The notes: a model not told the origin generated them from the letters alone. DNA of 64,000 bases from a virus (IMGVR_UViG_3300049792_000048:64001-128000), one strand, 5' to 3'. Numbered from the stretch's first letter, positions 40,932 to 50,295 are shown. Numbers and translations: made by a program.

Positions 40932-41414
40932 ATGATCATGAGCACGAACGATCGGAAGTTCGAGGTGGTGTTCCCCACGTCGTGGGATCGCCTGATGCGC
41001 CCCGCGATGGAGGTCGCCGACAAGGACCTCCTCAACCCCAACATCTCGGGCAAGGTCCCGCTGATGGATGGTGAGTTCGTCACGGAGGACAGCTCGTACA
41101 AGCTCGTCCGCGCGACGGACCAGACGGCCCTCGTCCCCGCCTACGCCTTCCTGGAGTGGCGTGGTGACTACGGCATGCAGGCGGCGGGCAAGGCCGCCAT
41201 CCTCAAGGGCGGCACGTACGAGGCGGACACGATCGTGTACGACGCGACGTCGCTCGTTCTCCACAGCCCGCTCATGACGGGCGCGGCAACGGTCGGTGGC
41301 CAGACGCGGTCGGGTCTCATCCTCCGCACCGGGTCGAACCTCATCATCGGCTACGTGACGCGGCTGGCAATCACCAACGGTGGTCGTCTCCGCTTCCTTC
41401 AGACGGCGGTCTGA
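40932..41414 (+). CDS. Probable capsid decoration/stabilising protein
   Basis: 160-aa beta-rich protein immediately before the MCP; AGGAG RBS. Confidence 0.55.
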   Translation: MIMSTNDRKFEVVFPTSWDRLMRPAMEVADKDLLNPNISGKVPLMDGEFVTEDSSYKLVRATDQTALVPAYAFLEWRGDYGMQAAGKAAILKGGTYEADTIVYDATSLVLHSPLMTGAATVGGQTRSGLILRTGSNLIIGYVTRLAITNGGRLRFLQTAV

Positions 41415-41459
41415 TCCGGTAGTCGGACGGACGGACACAAAAGGAGACAGGAGAACATC

Positions 41460-42572
41460 ATGCTGCACGATGCAAAGGAGCTGACCCTTCAGCACCTCTC
41501 GAACCCCGACGCGAAGACCAAGCTCGCGGCGGAGGTCGGGGGCTACATCCGAGACCGGCTGCGCGAGGCGTCGTTCCTGGAGCGGGTCCTCCCGCCCCAG
41601 ACCGTCACGCGCAGCGACTGCCAGATCTCGGTCAACCACGACTCGCTCGTGAAGATCGAGCACCTGGAGCCGCGTTCGCGCGCCATGGTGGTCACCTTCC
41701 GTGGCGAGCCGTCCGCCCGTCTCCTCCGCGGTGAGCGCGTCGAGGTGCCGTTCATCACCATCATGAGCGAGATGTACCAGAAGCCGGAGCAGGAGTTCCT
41801 GGCCTACCCGTACCCGCTCGGGAAGGTCGTCGAGCAGAACTCGATCCGCGACATCGGCGAGATCCAGGACCGTCAGTTCCTGATCTACTCCGAGGCCGCG
41901 GTGCAGGCCCTCCAGACCGAGGCGAACGGCACGACGACGTCGCTCAATGCGACGGCGCTCCAGAGCTCCACGCCCCCGGTGGAGTTCTCGGTCATCAAGG
42001 GCGAGCTCGCGCGTGCGGTCTCGACGAACGACGCGATCGTTCGTCCGATCCAGCGCCCGGACATCGTCAACCTGATGAAGCTCCTCGATGGCAACCGCCT
42101 CGAATGCGAGCTCATCCTCATCACGAGCAAGGATCTCGACGACGTCCTCCAGTGGACGATCGAGGACCAGGGCTCGAAGGTGCAGAGCGAGACCACCGTC
42201 CAGGGCTGGCAGTTCAACACCCTCCTCGGCAAGAAGCTGATCCGGACCATCAAGACGGACATCCTCCGTCCGGGCAACGTGTATGCGTACACGTCGCCGG
42301 AGTTCCTGGGTCGCTTCTACATCCTGAACAACGTCAAGTTCTACATCGACAAGGTGATCAACCTGATCAAGTTCGTCGCGTGGAAGGACGTCGGGATGAG
42401 CATCGTCAACGTCGCGTCGGTGCGCAAGCTGGAGCTCTACTCCGGCGACGCGACGTCGCTGAACGCCGACTCGGTTCTCGCGTCGGTCTCGCCGAAGGTC
42501 GAGGAAGATCTCGGGGCGCCGAACAACCGCGCCGCGGATCGCACGTTCTTCCCGGGCGTCGTCTCCTTCTGA
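41460..42572 (+). CDS. Major capsid protein (HK97 fold likely)
   Basis: Position after protease and scaffolds, double RBS, very strong codon bias, IRDRLRE..F.ERVLPP, GE.....RGERVEVP and EIQDRQFL features; followed by hairpins. Confidence 0.8.
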   Translation: MLHDAKELTLQHLSNPDAKTKLAAEVGGYIRDRLREASFLERVLPPQTVTRSDCQISVNHDSLVKIEHLEPRSRAMVVTFRGEPSARLLRGERVEVPFITIMSEMYQKPEQEFLAYPYPLGKVVEQNSIRDIGEIQDRQFLIYSEAAVQALQTEANGTTTSLNATALQSSTPPVEFSVIKGELARAVSTNDAIVRPIQRPDIVNLMKLLDGNRLECELILITSKDLDDVLQWTIEDQGSKVQSETTVQGWQFNTLLGKKLIRTIKTDILRPGNVYAYTSPEFLGRFYILNNVKFYIDKVINLIKFVAWKDVGMSIVNVASVRKLELYSGDATSLNADSVLASVSPKVEEDLGAPNNRAADRTFFPGVVSF

Positions 42573-42580
42573 TAGAGGAG

Positions 42581-42648
42581 CCCAGCTCGGGCTGGGACCA
42601 GCTACGATGGGCCGGTTGGCTGGAGACGGCCTTCCGGCCCATTGTGTT
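42581..42648 (+). terminator. Tandem hairpins after the MCP (terminator/processing site)
   Basis: CCCAGC-TCGG-GCTGGG, then ATGGGCCGG...GAGA loop...CCGGCCCAT followed by TGTGTT. Confidence 0.55.
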
Positions 42649-42676
42649 GATGAACCTGAAAACGAACGAGGAAGAC

Positions 42677-43711
42677 ATGGACAAGATCGTGTATCTGTAT
42701 GGCTCGGGTCGCGACGCGGAAACGCGTGTGCTCCGTCATGCCACCAAGCCCCGCCAGATGGTGATTCGCCTCGGCCCGTGGACCGTACGTCCCGCCCGTC
42801 GCATCGCCGTCGAGTTCCCTCGGCTCGCTCCTCACAAGGACGAGCTGCTCCACAAGATCTCGCAGGGGATCCTCCAGCTCCAGAGTGGCGACGGCGTCGT
42901 CTACTCGATCGTGGAGCTCAACGCGGCGTTCGCGGAGCTCGTCGGTACACCCGACGCTCCCAACTACGAGACGATGCCGTACGCCCAGCTCATGGGGCTG
43001 ATGCGCACGGAGAAGCCGACGCAGGAAGCGTGGGAAGCCTTCGTCTCTCGCTCCATCGCAGACTCCCTCACGGAGTCCGATCCGGAGATGCCGAGCACCA
43101 TCACGCGGATTCGGGGACTCATGTCCTACTCGCCGCGTGTCGCTGAGCTCGGGGTCGACATCACGGCAACGGACATCGTCCTCGCGAGCGCCCTCGCCAA
43201 GGCGGAGGCCAGCAAGGAGGCCGAGCAAGCAGAAGCCGACGCAGCTCGTGCTGAAGAGGCACGTGTCGCGGACGAGGCTGCTCGCATCGCTGCGGCCCAG
43301 GAAGCTGCCCGTGTCGAGGAAGCTGCTCGTGTCGAGAAGGAGAAGGTCGATACGCTTCTTCCGCCGAGCGACGCTCAGGCCGACGAGCCCACGCACGACG
43401 ATGGTGCGCCTCCGCCGTCGGATGCGGATGCTCCCCACGACGAGATCGGCACCCCGTCCGAGGTGAGTCCGGAGCAGATGGACTTCTCGGCCGAGGAGAC
43501 CAACACGGAGCCCGTCGTCGAAGAGACGAAGAGTGAAGAGGTCGTGGTCGAGAAGTCGGCCGATTCGCAGCGCACCCTCCCCGAGGGCTGGCGCGGCGCC
43601 ACCAACAAGGACCTGAAGGATCTCATCGCCAAGACGGGCGCCAAGATGCCCGAGCAGGTCAGCAAGGCGAACCTCATCTCGGCTCTGGAGGAGTGGTTGG
43701 GAGGTAACTGA
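42677..43711 (+). CDS. Hypothetical protein with acidic linker and C-terminal HeH/LEM-like motif (start ATG 42677)
   Basis: GAGGA RBS; EEAAR repeats; TNKDLKDLIAKTG..SKANLISAL. Confidence 0.6.
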   Translation: MDKIVYLYGSGRDAETRVLRHATKPRQMVIRLGPWTVRPARRIAVEFPRLAPHKDELLHKISQGILQLQSGDGVVYSIVELNAAFAELVGTPDAPNYETMPYAQLMGLMRTEKPTQEAWEAFVSRSIADSLTESDPEMPSTITRIRGLMSYSPRVAELGVDITATDIVLASALAKAEASKEAEQAEADAARAEEARVADEAARIAAAQEAARVEEAARVEKEKVDTLLPPSDAQADEPTHDDGAPPPSDADAPHDEIGTPSEVSPEQMDFSAEETNTEPVVEETKSEEVVVEKSADSQRTLPEGWRGATNKDLKDLIAKTGAKMPEQVSKANLISALEEWLGGN

Positions 43712-44220
43712 TGCCGTTCGTTCAGGGACTCGGGCAGCCGTTCGATCCGAGGGCTGTACTCCGAGGGCACATCGAAGCAGTGCGCATGTTCATGCGTGAC
43801 TTCGGCGAGCTCAACCTCCTCATCCGTGGGGAGGAGAGCTCCGACCGAATGATCATCTGGGCGACGCAGGACTTCTTGTCCGACTTCAATGGGACGCCAC
43901 CCTTCACGGGGTACGCCCTGAACGAGCTCGCATCACGAGGACTCCAGAACCTGTCGGTCCGTGGAACGGTCATCACGCTGCTTCAGAGTGTGATGATCCT
44001 CCATGCCCGCAACTACCTGCCGTTCTCGGATGGTGGCTTGTCAGTGGCGATCAACGACAAGGCGCCTCTCATCCAGTCCATGCTTCAGCTCTTCCAGTCA
44101 GCGTACGAACAGCAGAAGCGCCAGGTCAAAACGGCGCTGAACATCGAACAACTCCTCGATCTTGGTCCGAGCGGGGTGCACTCGGATTATTTCGGGCTCG
44201 CGGCTCTTGGTTTCTGGTGA
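43711..44220 (+). CDS. Probable head-tail adaptor (neck) protein
   Basis: VRMFMRD N-terminus, FSDGGLSV loop, helical; post-capsid position. Confidence 0.6.
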   Translation: MPFVQGLGQPFDPRAVLRGHIEAVRMFMRDFGELNLLIRGEESSDRMIIWATQDFLSDFNGTPPFTGYALNELASRGLQNLSVRGTVITLLQSVMILHARNYLPFSDGGLSVAINDKAPLIQSMLQLFQSAYEQQKRQVKTALNIEQLLDLGPSGVHSDYFGLAALGFW

Positions 44221-44225
44221 ACTAG

Positions 44226-44711
44226 ATGTTGCCCGCACTACAGCTCATCGTGACCTGTACGAAGTGTCTTCGTGGGCTTCCTCGTACGCGGGAGTTCTTC
44301 CCTTCCCACAGCACAGCCAAAGATCGGATGGGGTCGTGGTGCTTGGTGTGTGCGAAAGAAGCAGGCCGTTCATGGAGAAGGAGACGCACCTGGGAGCAAA
44401 GATTGCTCAAAGCAGTGTTTGACCGACAGGTTCAGCGGTGGCCGGAAGAGGTGTTCGACCTGTCCATCCAAGTGCTCTCACAGATGCATGAGCATCAGAA
44501 TGGGCTCTGCCACTGGTATGGGGTTCCGTTCACCTACGAGACCAAATCTGGGCCCACCTTGATCTCAGTGGATCGCCTCGACAACAGTCGTGGCTACACG
44601 AAAGACAATGTGGTCCTTGCCTGCGACGCGGCGAACCGTGGTCGAAAGGACTACAGCCCCGAACAGTTCTCGCACTTCGTTGCCCAACTTCGGGCATCAA
44701 TGAGAGGATGA
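44226..44711 (+). CDS. HNH-like homing endonuclease
   Basis: CTKC..CLVC; QNGLCHW..SVDRLDNSRGYTKDNVVL..AN. Confidence 0.8.
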   Translation: MLPALQLIVTCTKCLRGLPRTREFFPSHSTAKDRMGSWCLVCAKEAGRSWRRRRTWEQRLLKAVFDRQVQRWPEEVFDLSIQVLSQMHEHQNGLCHWYGVPFTYETKSGPTLISVDRLDNSRGYTKDNVVLACDAANRGRKDYSPEQFSHFVAQLRASMRG

Positions 44712-44715
44712 CCTC

Positions 44716-45195
44716 ATGACGATCTCTTTCATCAAGGCCAAGGACCCGGAGCAGCTTTCCCGGCTCTTGAACGGCCTCGTGCTCAGCAAGAAGAACCTGT
44801 CGCTGGGTCGTGATCTGGGCCCGCGTGCCATGCCGGGTGACCTCTACAAGCACCCAGTCGCTGGCCTCACCCTGATCTTCACGACGCCCGGGTTCACGGT
44901 GACGTTCTCGGCCAACCTCGACCTCAAGCACATCGTTGCAGAGATCAACACGGCTGCCGGCAAGGACATCGCTCACCTCATCCACTTCGATGACAATGGT
45001 GGTCAGGTGCTCGCCATCTGGGACGACACCACCCCGGTCGTCATGCTCAGCACGGGTACGGCCAACACGTACTTCGGATTTTCGACCACCGTGGCTGACC
45101 CACACCTCACGCAGACGGCGACCGACCCCGACAACATCGTCGCGATCGTCGTCGAGATTCTCAGCCGTCAGTACGTCGCCTTCATCAAGGGGTGA
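44716..45195 (+). CDS. Structural protein, stand-alone paralogue of the fibre N-terminal domain
   Basis: Shares LNGLV, LYKHPVAGLTL, LDLK.IVA.IN, WDD.TPV and GTAN.YFGFSTT with the 57458 protein. Confidence 0.7.
   Translation: MTISFIKAKDPEQLSRLLNGLVLSKKNLSLGRDLGPRAMPGDLYKHPVAGLTLIFTTPGFTVTFSANLDLKHIVAEINTAAGKDIAHLIHFDDNGGQVLAIWDDTTPVVMLSTGTANTYFGFSTTVADPHLTQTATDPDNIVAIVVEILSRQYVAFIKG
44842..44870 (+). repeat. 29-bp exact direct repeat, copy 1
   Basis: CTCTACAAGCACCCAGTCGCTGGCCTCAC also at 57575-57603. Confidence 0.85.
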
Positions 45196-47693
45196 GCATC
45201 ATGAGCCACGACCTCGACAAGACCTTGCTCTCGACCTTCAAGCCGACGAACCCCATCGGGTTCATCGACGGCTCATTCTTCATCGCGGGGATGAAGAAGA
45301 TGGCGGAGGGCGAGATGCCCGAAGCCGGTGCAGCCGAGGGCCCTTTCCTCGTGCCTCTCCCGCAGGCCGTCGAACTCATCGCACAGATGGTCTCGAACGA
45401 GTTCAAGACGCAGACGTACTACGTCTACTACGCGAACATGCTTCGTGGCCTCTCTCACGAGGGGATCGCGGAGGAGTTCATGGAGCATGCGGGGCACGAG
45501 CTCGAACATGCCGACTACCTGCTGCGGCGCATGAGTGTGCTGTCGCCGGGCGGCGTCTCGATCCCGCCCTACCCGCCGCCCGAGCCGCTGCACGACCCGA
45601 ATGAGATCGTGCAAGCGATGATCGTCGTCGAACAGATGGGCCTCACGCTGTGGAAGCAGCTCCACAGCATCTGTGGCGAGAACCCGATGAAGTTCACCAT
45701 CGAGCAGTTCCTCCAGCGCGAGGAGGAGCACCAGGATGAGCTCTGGCAGCTCGTCGAGCCCGCGGGCTTGCCTGCCATGCCCGTGGCTGAAGCTCCGGCT
45801 CCGACTGAGCAGTCCGCCGAAGGTCAGCCGGCATCGACGAAGGTGCAGGTCGAAACGACTCCGTCCGAGCCGAAGCAGGCAGCGGTCGCCACGTACGACG
45901 AGCTTCGTCGTGCAGGCCTCGATCCCAGCAAGAGCAAGAAGGCCGCCGACCTCACCGCTGGTGCCCGGTCCGAGATCAAAGACGACAACTTCGTGTTCCC
46001 TGCGGAACGCAAGTACCCCATCCACGACAAGGACCACGCCCTTGCCGCTCTTGGGATGGTCGGCATGCACGGCACGTCCGATGAGAAGTCGAAGGTGCGT
46101 GCAGCCGTCGAGAAGAAGTTCCCCGGCATCCACGAGCACGAGAAGAAGGCGGCGATGAAGGGCTTCCTCCAGAAGCGTATCGCCGACCTCAACAAGGACA
46201 TGGATGCAATCCACCACAAGGACCAGGTCCGTGTGGAGTTCGTGCCGCAGTCGCCCGCCGCACTTCGTGCACAGAAGCCGGACGTTCAGAAGAAGACCGA
46301 CAACGCGAAGTCGCCGAAGGACGTCTCGATCAAGCCGGTAGGTGCTCCGATCTCGCTGGTCGACCTCATCGAGAAGGGGAAGTCCGCTGCATATGTCGGC
46401 GGTGCGGTGCTCCCGAACAGCACCGACTTCTTCAAGAAGCACAAGGAGAACGAGAAGAAGTCGGACATGGTGATGCCCGATGCCGATTCTCCCGAAGCGT
46501 ACATCGAGCGTGAACAGCAGCTCGGTGCGCAGCAGGCGATGGCCGAAGCCTCGCACGCCAAGACCGTCGCGATGCAGGCCTCACAGGCGGCTCAGCAGGC
46601 GCAGGCAGAAGCTCAGGCTGCTCAGCAACAGCTCATGCAGGCCCAGCAGCAGGTCGAGCAGCTCACGCAGCAGTCCCAGATGGACTCGCAGCAGGCAATG
46701 ATGGCGACGCAGCAGGCTTCGGAAGCGGAAGGCCGTGCTGCCGATCACTCGATCCAGAAGATGCAGCTCGGCATGCGCGTCAACCAGATGCGGCAGGAGC
46801 TCGCCAACTTCGTGATGCAGGACCCGGTCGCCGAGTCCGCAGCCACGGTCAGTGACCTCGCCGCTCAGGGCATGCCGGCCACTCCCCAGCAGCAGGCGGA
46901 GGCCGAGGTTGCCGCACAGACCGGGGTCGCTCCTGGTCAAGAAGGAGCCCCCGGGCAAGATTCCCAGGATTCTGCGCCAGGGGGTCAGGAACAGGCCGCA
47001 GGAGGCCAGGAACAGCCCTCCGGTGGTGAGGCCAAGGGCGACGACAAGGGCGGCAAGCCTGGTACTCACGTCACCGTGAAGACTTCGGTCGACGTCGCGA
47101 CGATCGTGGGCAAGCGTGGTATCCGCGGTGCCGTCGGCGCTGCTGCGGCTCCCGCGGCTGGGGGTCTTGGTGCCCTCATCCAGAAGGCTCGTCCGTATCT
47201 GCCCGCAGCAGGTGCAGCGGCTGGTGGTCTCGCTCTCGCGGGTGGGGCCATGGCGAGCCGTGACAAGAGCGCGGGGGTCGTCGACTCCGTGGGTCGTGCG
47301 ACCGGACGCAGCATCGCTCACGGTATGGGTGAGGCGGCGACCGAGGCGTTCGCGAAGCACGCACCCAATGCAGGTGCGGCTGCTCTCGCCGGCGGAGGCA
47401 TCCTCGCTGCTCACAGCATGCATGCTCGCTCTCAGCGCAAGTCCGACATGGCGGACTCGGTCGCCGAGGGGATCCGTCGTGCGAAGACGGGTTCTCATGG
47501 TGACACCGCTGAGCGTGCGGTGAACGCTGCCATCAACCACGGTGTCGGATCCGCCCAGCGCGGTGTCCACGCCCTCGGTCCGCATCTTCGTGACCACATG
47601 CCCGCGTTCGTCGCTGGCCTCGGCACCGGCATCCTCGGCACGAAGGTGCTGTCGTCGCCTCCTCCCATCGACCCGTCGCAACAGCAGTACTGA
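45192..47693 (+). CDS. Modular virion polyprotein: ferritin-like domain, DUF6582-like domain, Gln-rich coiled coil, Gly-rich membrane modules
   Basis: Di-iron pattern NEFK..Y..ELEH..EQ..EEEH; FVFPAERKYPIHDKDHA; modules bounded by KMA, KQA, KAA, KSA, KKS, KTS, KSA and KTG. Confidence 0.75.
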   Translation: MSIMSHDLDKTLLSTFKPTNPIGFIDGSFFIAGMKKMAEGEMPEAGAAEGPFLVPLPQAVELIAQMVSNEFKTQTYYVYYANMLRGLSHEGIAEEFMEHAGHELEHADYLLRRMSVLSPGGVSIPPYPPPEPLHDPNEIVQAMIVVEQMGLTLWKQLHSICGENPMKFTIEQFLQREEEHQDELWQLVEPAGLPAMPVAEAPAPTEQSAEGQPASTKVQVETTPSEPKQAAVATYDELRRAGLDPSKSKKAADLTAGARSEIKDDNFVFPAERKYPIHDKDHALAALGMVGMHGTSDEKSKVRAAVEKKFPGIHEHEKKAAMKGFLQKRIADLNKDMDAIHHKDQVRVEFVPQSPAALRAQKPDVQKKTDNAKSPKDVSIKPVGAPISLVDLIEKGKSAAYVGGAVLPNSTDFFKKHKENEKKSDMVMPDADSPEAYIEREQQLGAQQAMAEASHAKTVAMQASQAAQQAQAEAQAAQQQLMQAQQQVEQLTQQSQMDSQQAMMATQQASEAEGRAADHSIQKMQLGMRVNQMRQELANFVMQDPVAESAATVSDLAAQGMPATPQQQAEAEVAAQTGVAPGQEGAPGQDSQDSAPGGQEQAAGGQEQPSGGEAKGDDKGGKPGTHVTVKTSVDVATIVGKRGIRGAVGAAAAPAAGGLGALIQKARPYLPAAGAAAGGLALAGGAMASRDKSAGVVDSVGRATGRSIAHGMGEAATEAFAKHAPNAGAAALAGGGILAAHSMHARSQRKSDMADSVAEGIRRAKTGSHGDTAERAVNAAINHGVGSAQRGVHALGPHLRDHMPAFVAGLGTGILGTKVLSSPPPIDPSQQQY

Positions 47694-47702
47694 GGAGCAA
47701 AC

Positions 47703-48635
47703 ATGGATCAGCTCAACAAGTTCTTGATCGACACATTCGGCGGCACCAAGTTGGCCTCGGCCACTCCGATCGAGGCAGTCGAGCCGAACGAGTACGATCG
47801 CATCGCGTTCAAGCGTGCCTTCCTGGACGGCTGCGTCGACGAAAAGTTCCTCGCATCGTTCGAGGGGACTCCTCTCGCTCCGCAGGCGATCGCTCTGTGT
47901 GAGCAGGAGCTCGCAATGGAGCAGGCTCAGCTCCAGGCTCGCATGGCTCGTGACGCGCAGAACGCCGCCTTCGACTACACGAAGGAGTGCAACGAACGCG
48001 AGGGCATGAGGCTCCAGAAGCTTCAGCTCACCATCCAGCTTCACAAGATGAAGACGATGGGCGTCGGCGCTCCGACTCCTCCGGGCCAGGCCGTGATTGG
48101 TACGCCCGATCCTGCGGCTGCTGCGATGGCTGCTCCGCCCGAGCTGGGTGGGGGTGCCGAAGGTGGGGCTCCGGTGCAGGAGCCCGCTGGTGGCAAGCTC
48201 GCCGCTCTCATGACGAAGGTCGCCGAGAAGAAGAACAAGGCGAAGGACGAGATGATCAGTCGAGGCCGTCGTGCCAGCACGGGCGCGACCATCGGCAACG
48301 TCCTGGGCTCCCCAGTCTTCAGCCAGGAGTTCACTCCCGGCTCGATGATCGGCTCCGTGATCGGTGGCGGCATCGGTGGCGCTGTGGCTGACGGTGGCCG
48401 TGGCGCCCTCATGGGAGCGGCGGGTGCGGGCGGTGGCGCAGCGATGGGGGCCCTCGCCGGGCATGGTGTCGCGAAGGCTCTCAAGCTCCGTGACCCCGGC
48501 CTCGCTCGTGGACTCGGCTCCCTGATGGGTGCGACATATGGAGCTCCGATCGCCGTCGAAGGCGGACGTGCAATCGCCGAGGCGCAGAAGCGCGCCAGTC
48601 TCTCCGAGCTCATCCAGTTCTCGCTGGGGAAGTGA
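47703..48635 (+). CDS. Virion protein: KLA leader, coiled coil, Gly-zipper membrane module
   Basis: KLA, KLA-KVA and KRA motifs; GSVIGGGIGGAV and GAAMGALAG. Confidence 0.6.
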   Translation: MDQLNKFLIDTFGGTKLASATPIEAVEPNEYDRIAFKRAFLDGCVDEKFLASFEGTPLAPQAIALCEQELAMEQAQLQARMARDAQNAAFDYTKECNEREGMRLQKLQLTIQLHKMKTMGVGAPTPPGQAVIGTPDPAAAAMAAPPELGGGAEGGAPVQEPAGGKLAALMTKVAEKKNKAKDEMISRGRRASTGATIGNVLGSPVFSQEFTPGSMIGSVIGGGIGGAVADGGRGALMGAAGAGGGAAMGALAGHGVAKALKLRDPGLARGLGSLMGATYGAPIAVEGGRAIAEAQKRASLSELIQFSLGK

Positions 48636-49384
48636 TGTTCGACCTCGACCTCATCGTGAAGGCAGCAGCGGTGGCCGTACGTCCTCATGTACGGCGTGCG
48701 CCGGGGACTGTCGTCGGCAAGGTCAAGAAGTCAGGACTAATGAGCACCATCGGTCTCGAAGCAGGTCAGGTCGGCAAGCATGTCAACCAGGCCGCCCGCA
48801 TCGCACAGCAAGGTGCAGATCCTGTTCGTCGTGCAGCGGTGGCTGAGCTCGCCGGCTACTACAAGAACTTGGGCACCTCCGCAGGAACGCAAGCAGCTCA
48901 GCACTCCATGACGATGGCTGCGCAGAAGGCGCAGACGGCTGTCCCGCAGATGGCGAATGTGGTCGCCAAGAAGACGCCCACGATGGCCTTCTCACAGGGG
49001 TCCGTTCTTCAGCACGCCGCTCAGCAGCTCGGTCCCCAGAAGGTGATCGCTGGCGCTGTGCAGCATGGAGCTCCCGTCATCGGAAGCGCCAGTGTGCTGG
49101 ATCATCTTTCGCAGATGCCCTTCGGCAAGTTGGCTCATGCCCTCGAACGCGGGTACGCACCGTCGCTCCCGAAGGGAGTTGATGTCTCGATGGGCCGGAT
49201 GAAGAACCAGCCCCAGTCCGAAGCCGGCTACGGCACTCCCGATACGCTCAGCGCGGCCAACCCGAAGAAGCCGAAGCCGAAGCGCACACGTGACGGCATC
49301 ACTGTCGCGGAGCTCCTCGATCAGCTTGCTCAGCAGGCAGGACTGTTCCCCAAGCCGAACAAGACCACGGGATCTTCTCACTGA
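48632..49384 (+). CDS. Hypothetical virion protein with KAA leader
   Basis: MFDLDLIVKAA; KLA; coupled overlaps. Confidence 0.55.
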   Translation: MMFDLDLIVKAAAVAVRPHVRRAPGTVVGKVKKSGLMSTIGLEAGQVGKHVNQAARIAQQGADPVRRAAVAELAGYYKNLGTSAGTQAAQHSMTMAAQKAQTAVPQMANVVAKKTPTMAFSQGSVLQHAAQQLGPQKVIAGAVQHGAPVIGSASVLDHLSQMPFGKLAHALERGYAPSLPKGVDVSMGRMKNQPQSEAGYGTPDTLSAANPKKPKPKRTRDGITVAELLDQLAQQAGLFPKPNKTTGSSH

Positions 49385-50295
49385 TGCCTGTCGCTCTGAA
49401 GATCGAGCGCCTTCGAGTGCGGTCTTTGGACGTCGCGCTCATGGAAGTGACGTGGGAAACGAGTGTCACTGACGTCGAGGTACTGGACTACACCTTCCAG
49501 GTGTTCCGCTCCGAGAGTGGTGAGGGCCCCTTCGATCCGATCAGCGAAGAGTTCGAGGACCGTTTCATCTTCGTCGACCGTCGAGTTCCCACGGCCTACA
49601 AGTTCCGTCAGTTCTGGTACCAACTTCGTGTTCGTCACAAGGCGAGTGACGAGACTGCAATCTTCGGTCCGATCATCCAGGAGGCAGAGCCTGATCTCAT
49701 TGCACAGGCGATTCGCCGGCTGGAACAGACAGCCTTCACGCAGGTCATCGGCCGCATGTGCTGGCTGTTCCCGCGGCGCACCTTCGGGATGCGCTGCAAG
49801 AACTGCTGGGACCCCAAGCTCTCGGCAAAGAAGCGTTCAAACTGCATCTCTTGTTACGACACCAGCTTCGTCAGGGGTTATCTCAACCCCATCGAGGTGT
49901 GGGTGCAGATCGATCCGGTGGGTAAGGCCGTCCAGCTCCAGTCGTTGCAGAAGAACCAGGACCAGATGACGACGGCCCGCATGACCTTCTACCCCGTGGT
50001 GAAGGTCGGGGACGTCCTCACCGAGCTGGAGAACCAGCGTTGGCGTGTCGTGAACGTCATGACCTCGGAAAGGCTTCGAGCTCCCATCAAGCAGGAGCTC
50101 ACTCTTCGCGCAATCATGCCGACCGACGTAGAATACAAGTTGCCACTCGATCTTCAGTCGCCACTGAAAGACATCCAAGCAAGTCCGGGTCGGATGTTCA
50201 CGAACCCGCACAACTTCAACAACACGATCGATGAGAAGACACCGAACGTGTTCGCCTACTACGACACCACCCCTATCGACCCGAACGAGAGCTGA
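49384..50295 (+). CDS. Probable neck/head-closure protein (FN3-like N-terminus, zinc ribbon)
   Basis: VTW..Y..QVFRSE..GPF..F.D..FWYQ; CKNC..CISC; YPVVKVGDVL..RWRV. Confidence 0.6.
   Translation: MPVALKIERLRVRSLDVALMEVTWETSVTDVEVLDYTFQVFRSESGEGPFDPISEEFEDRFIFVDRRVPTAYKFRQFWYQLRVRHKASDETAIFGPIIQEAEPDLIAQAIRRLEQTAFTQVIGRMCWLFPRRTFGMRCKNCWDPKLSAKKRSNCISCYDTSFVRGYLNPIEVWVQIDPVGKAVQLQSLQKNQDQMTTARMTFYPVVKVGDVLTELENQRWRVVNVMTSERLRAPIKQELTLRAIMPTDVEYKLPLDLQSPLKDIQASPGRMFTNPHNFNNTIDEKTPNVFAYYDTTPIDPNES

Noticed and set aside
42104-42676. 535-aa ORF overlapping the MCP 3' end, suggesting a frameshifted MCP extension
   Set aside because: No convincing slippery site seen. The MCP ends in tandem TGA TAG followed by hairpins, and ATG 42677 has its own RBS.
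41460-47693. Encapsulin operon (HK97-fold shell plus ferritin cargo)
   Set aside because: Portal, terminase, sheath and tube show this is a true tailed phage; the encapsulin parallel is only an analogy.
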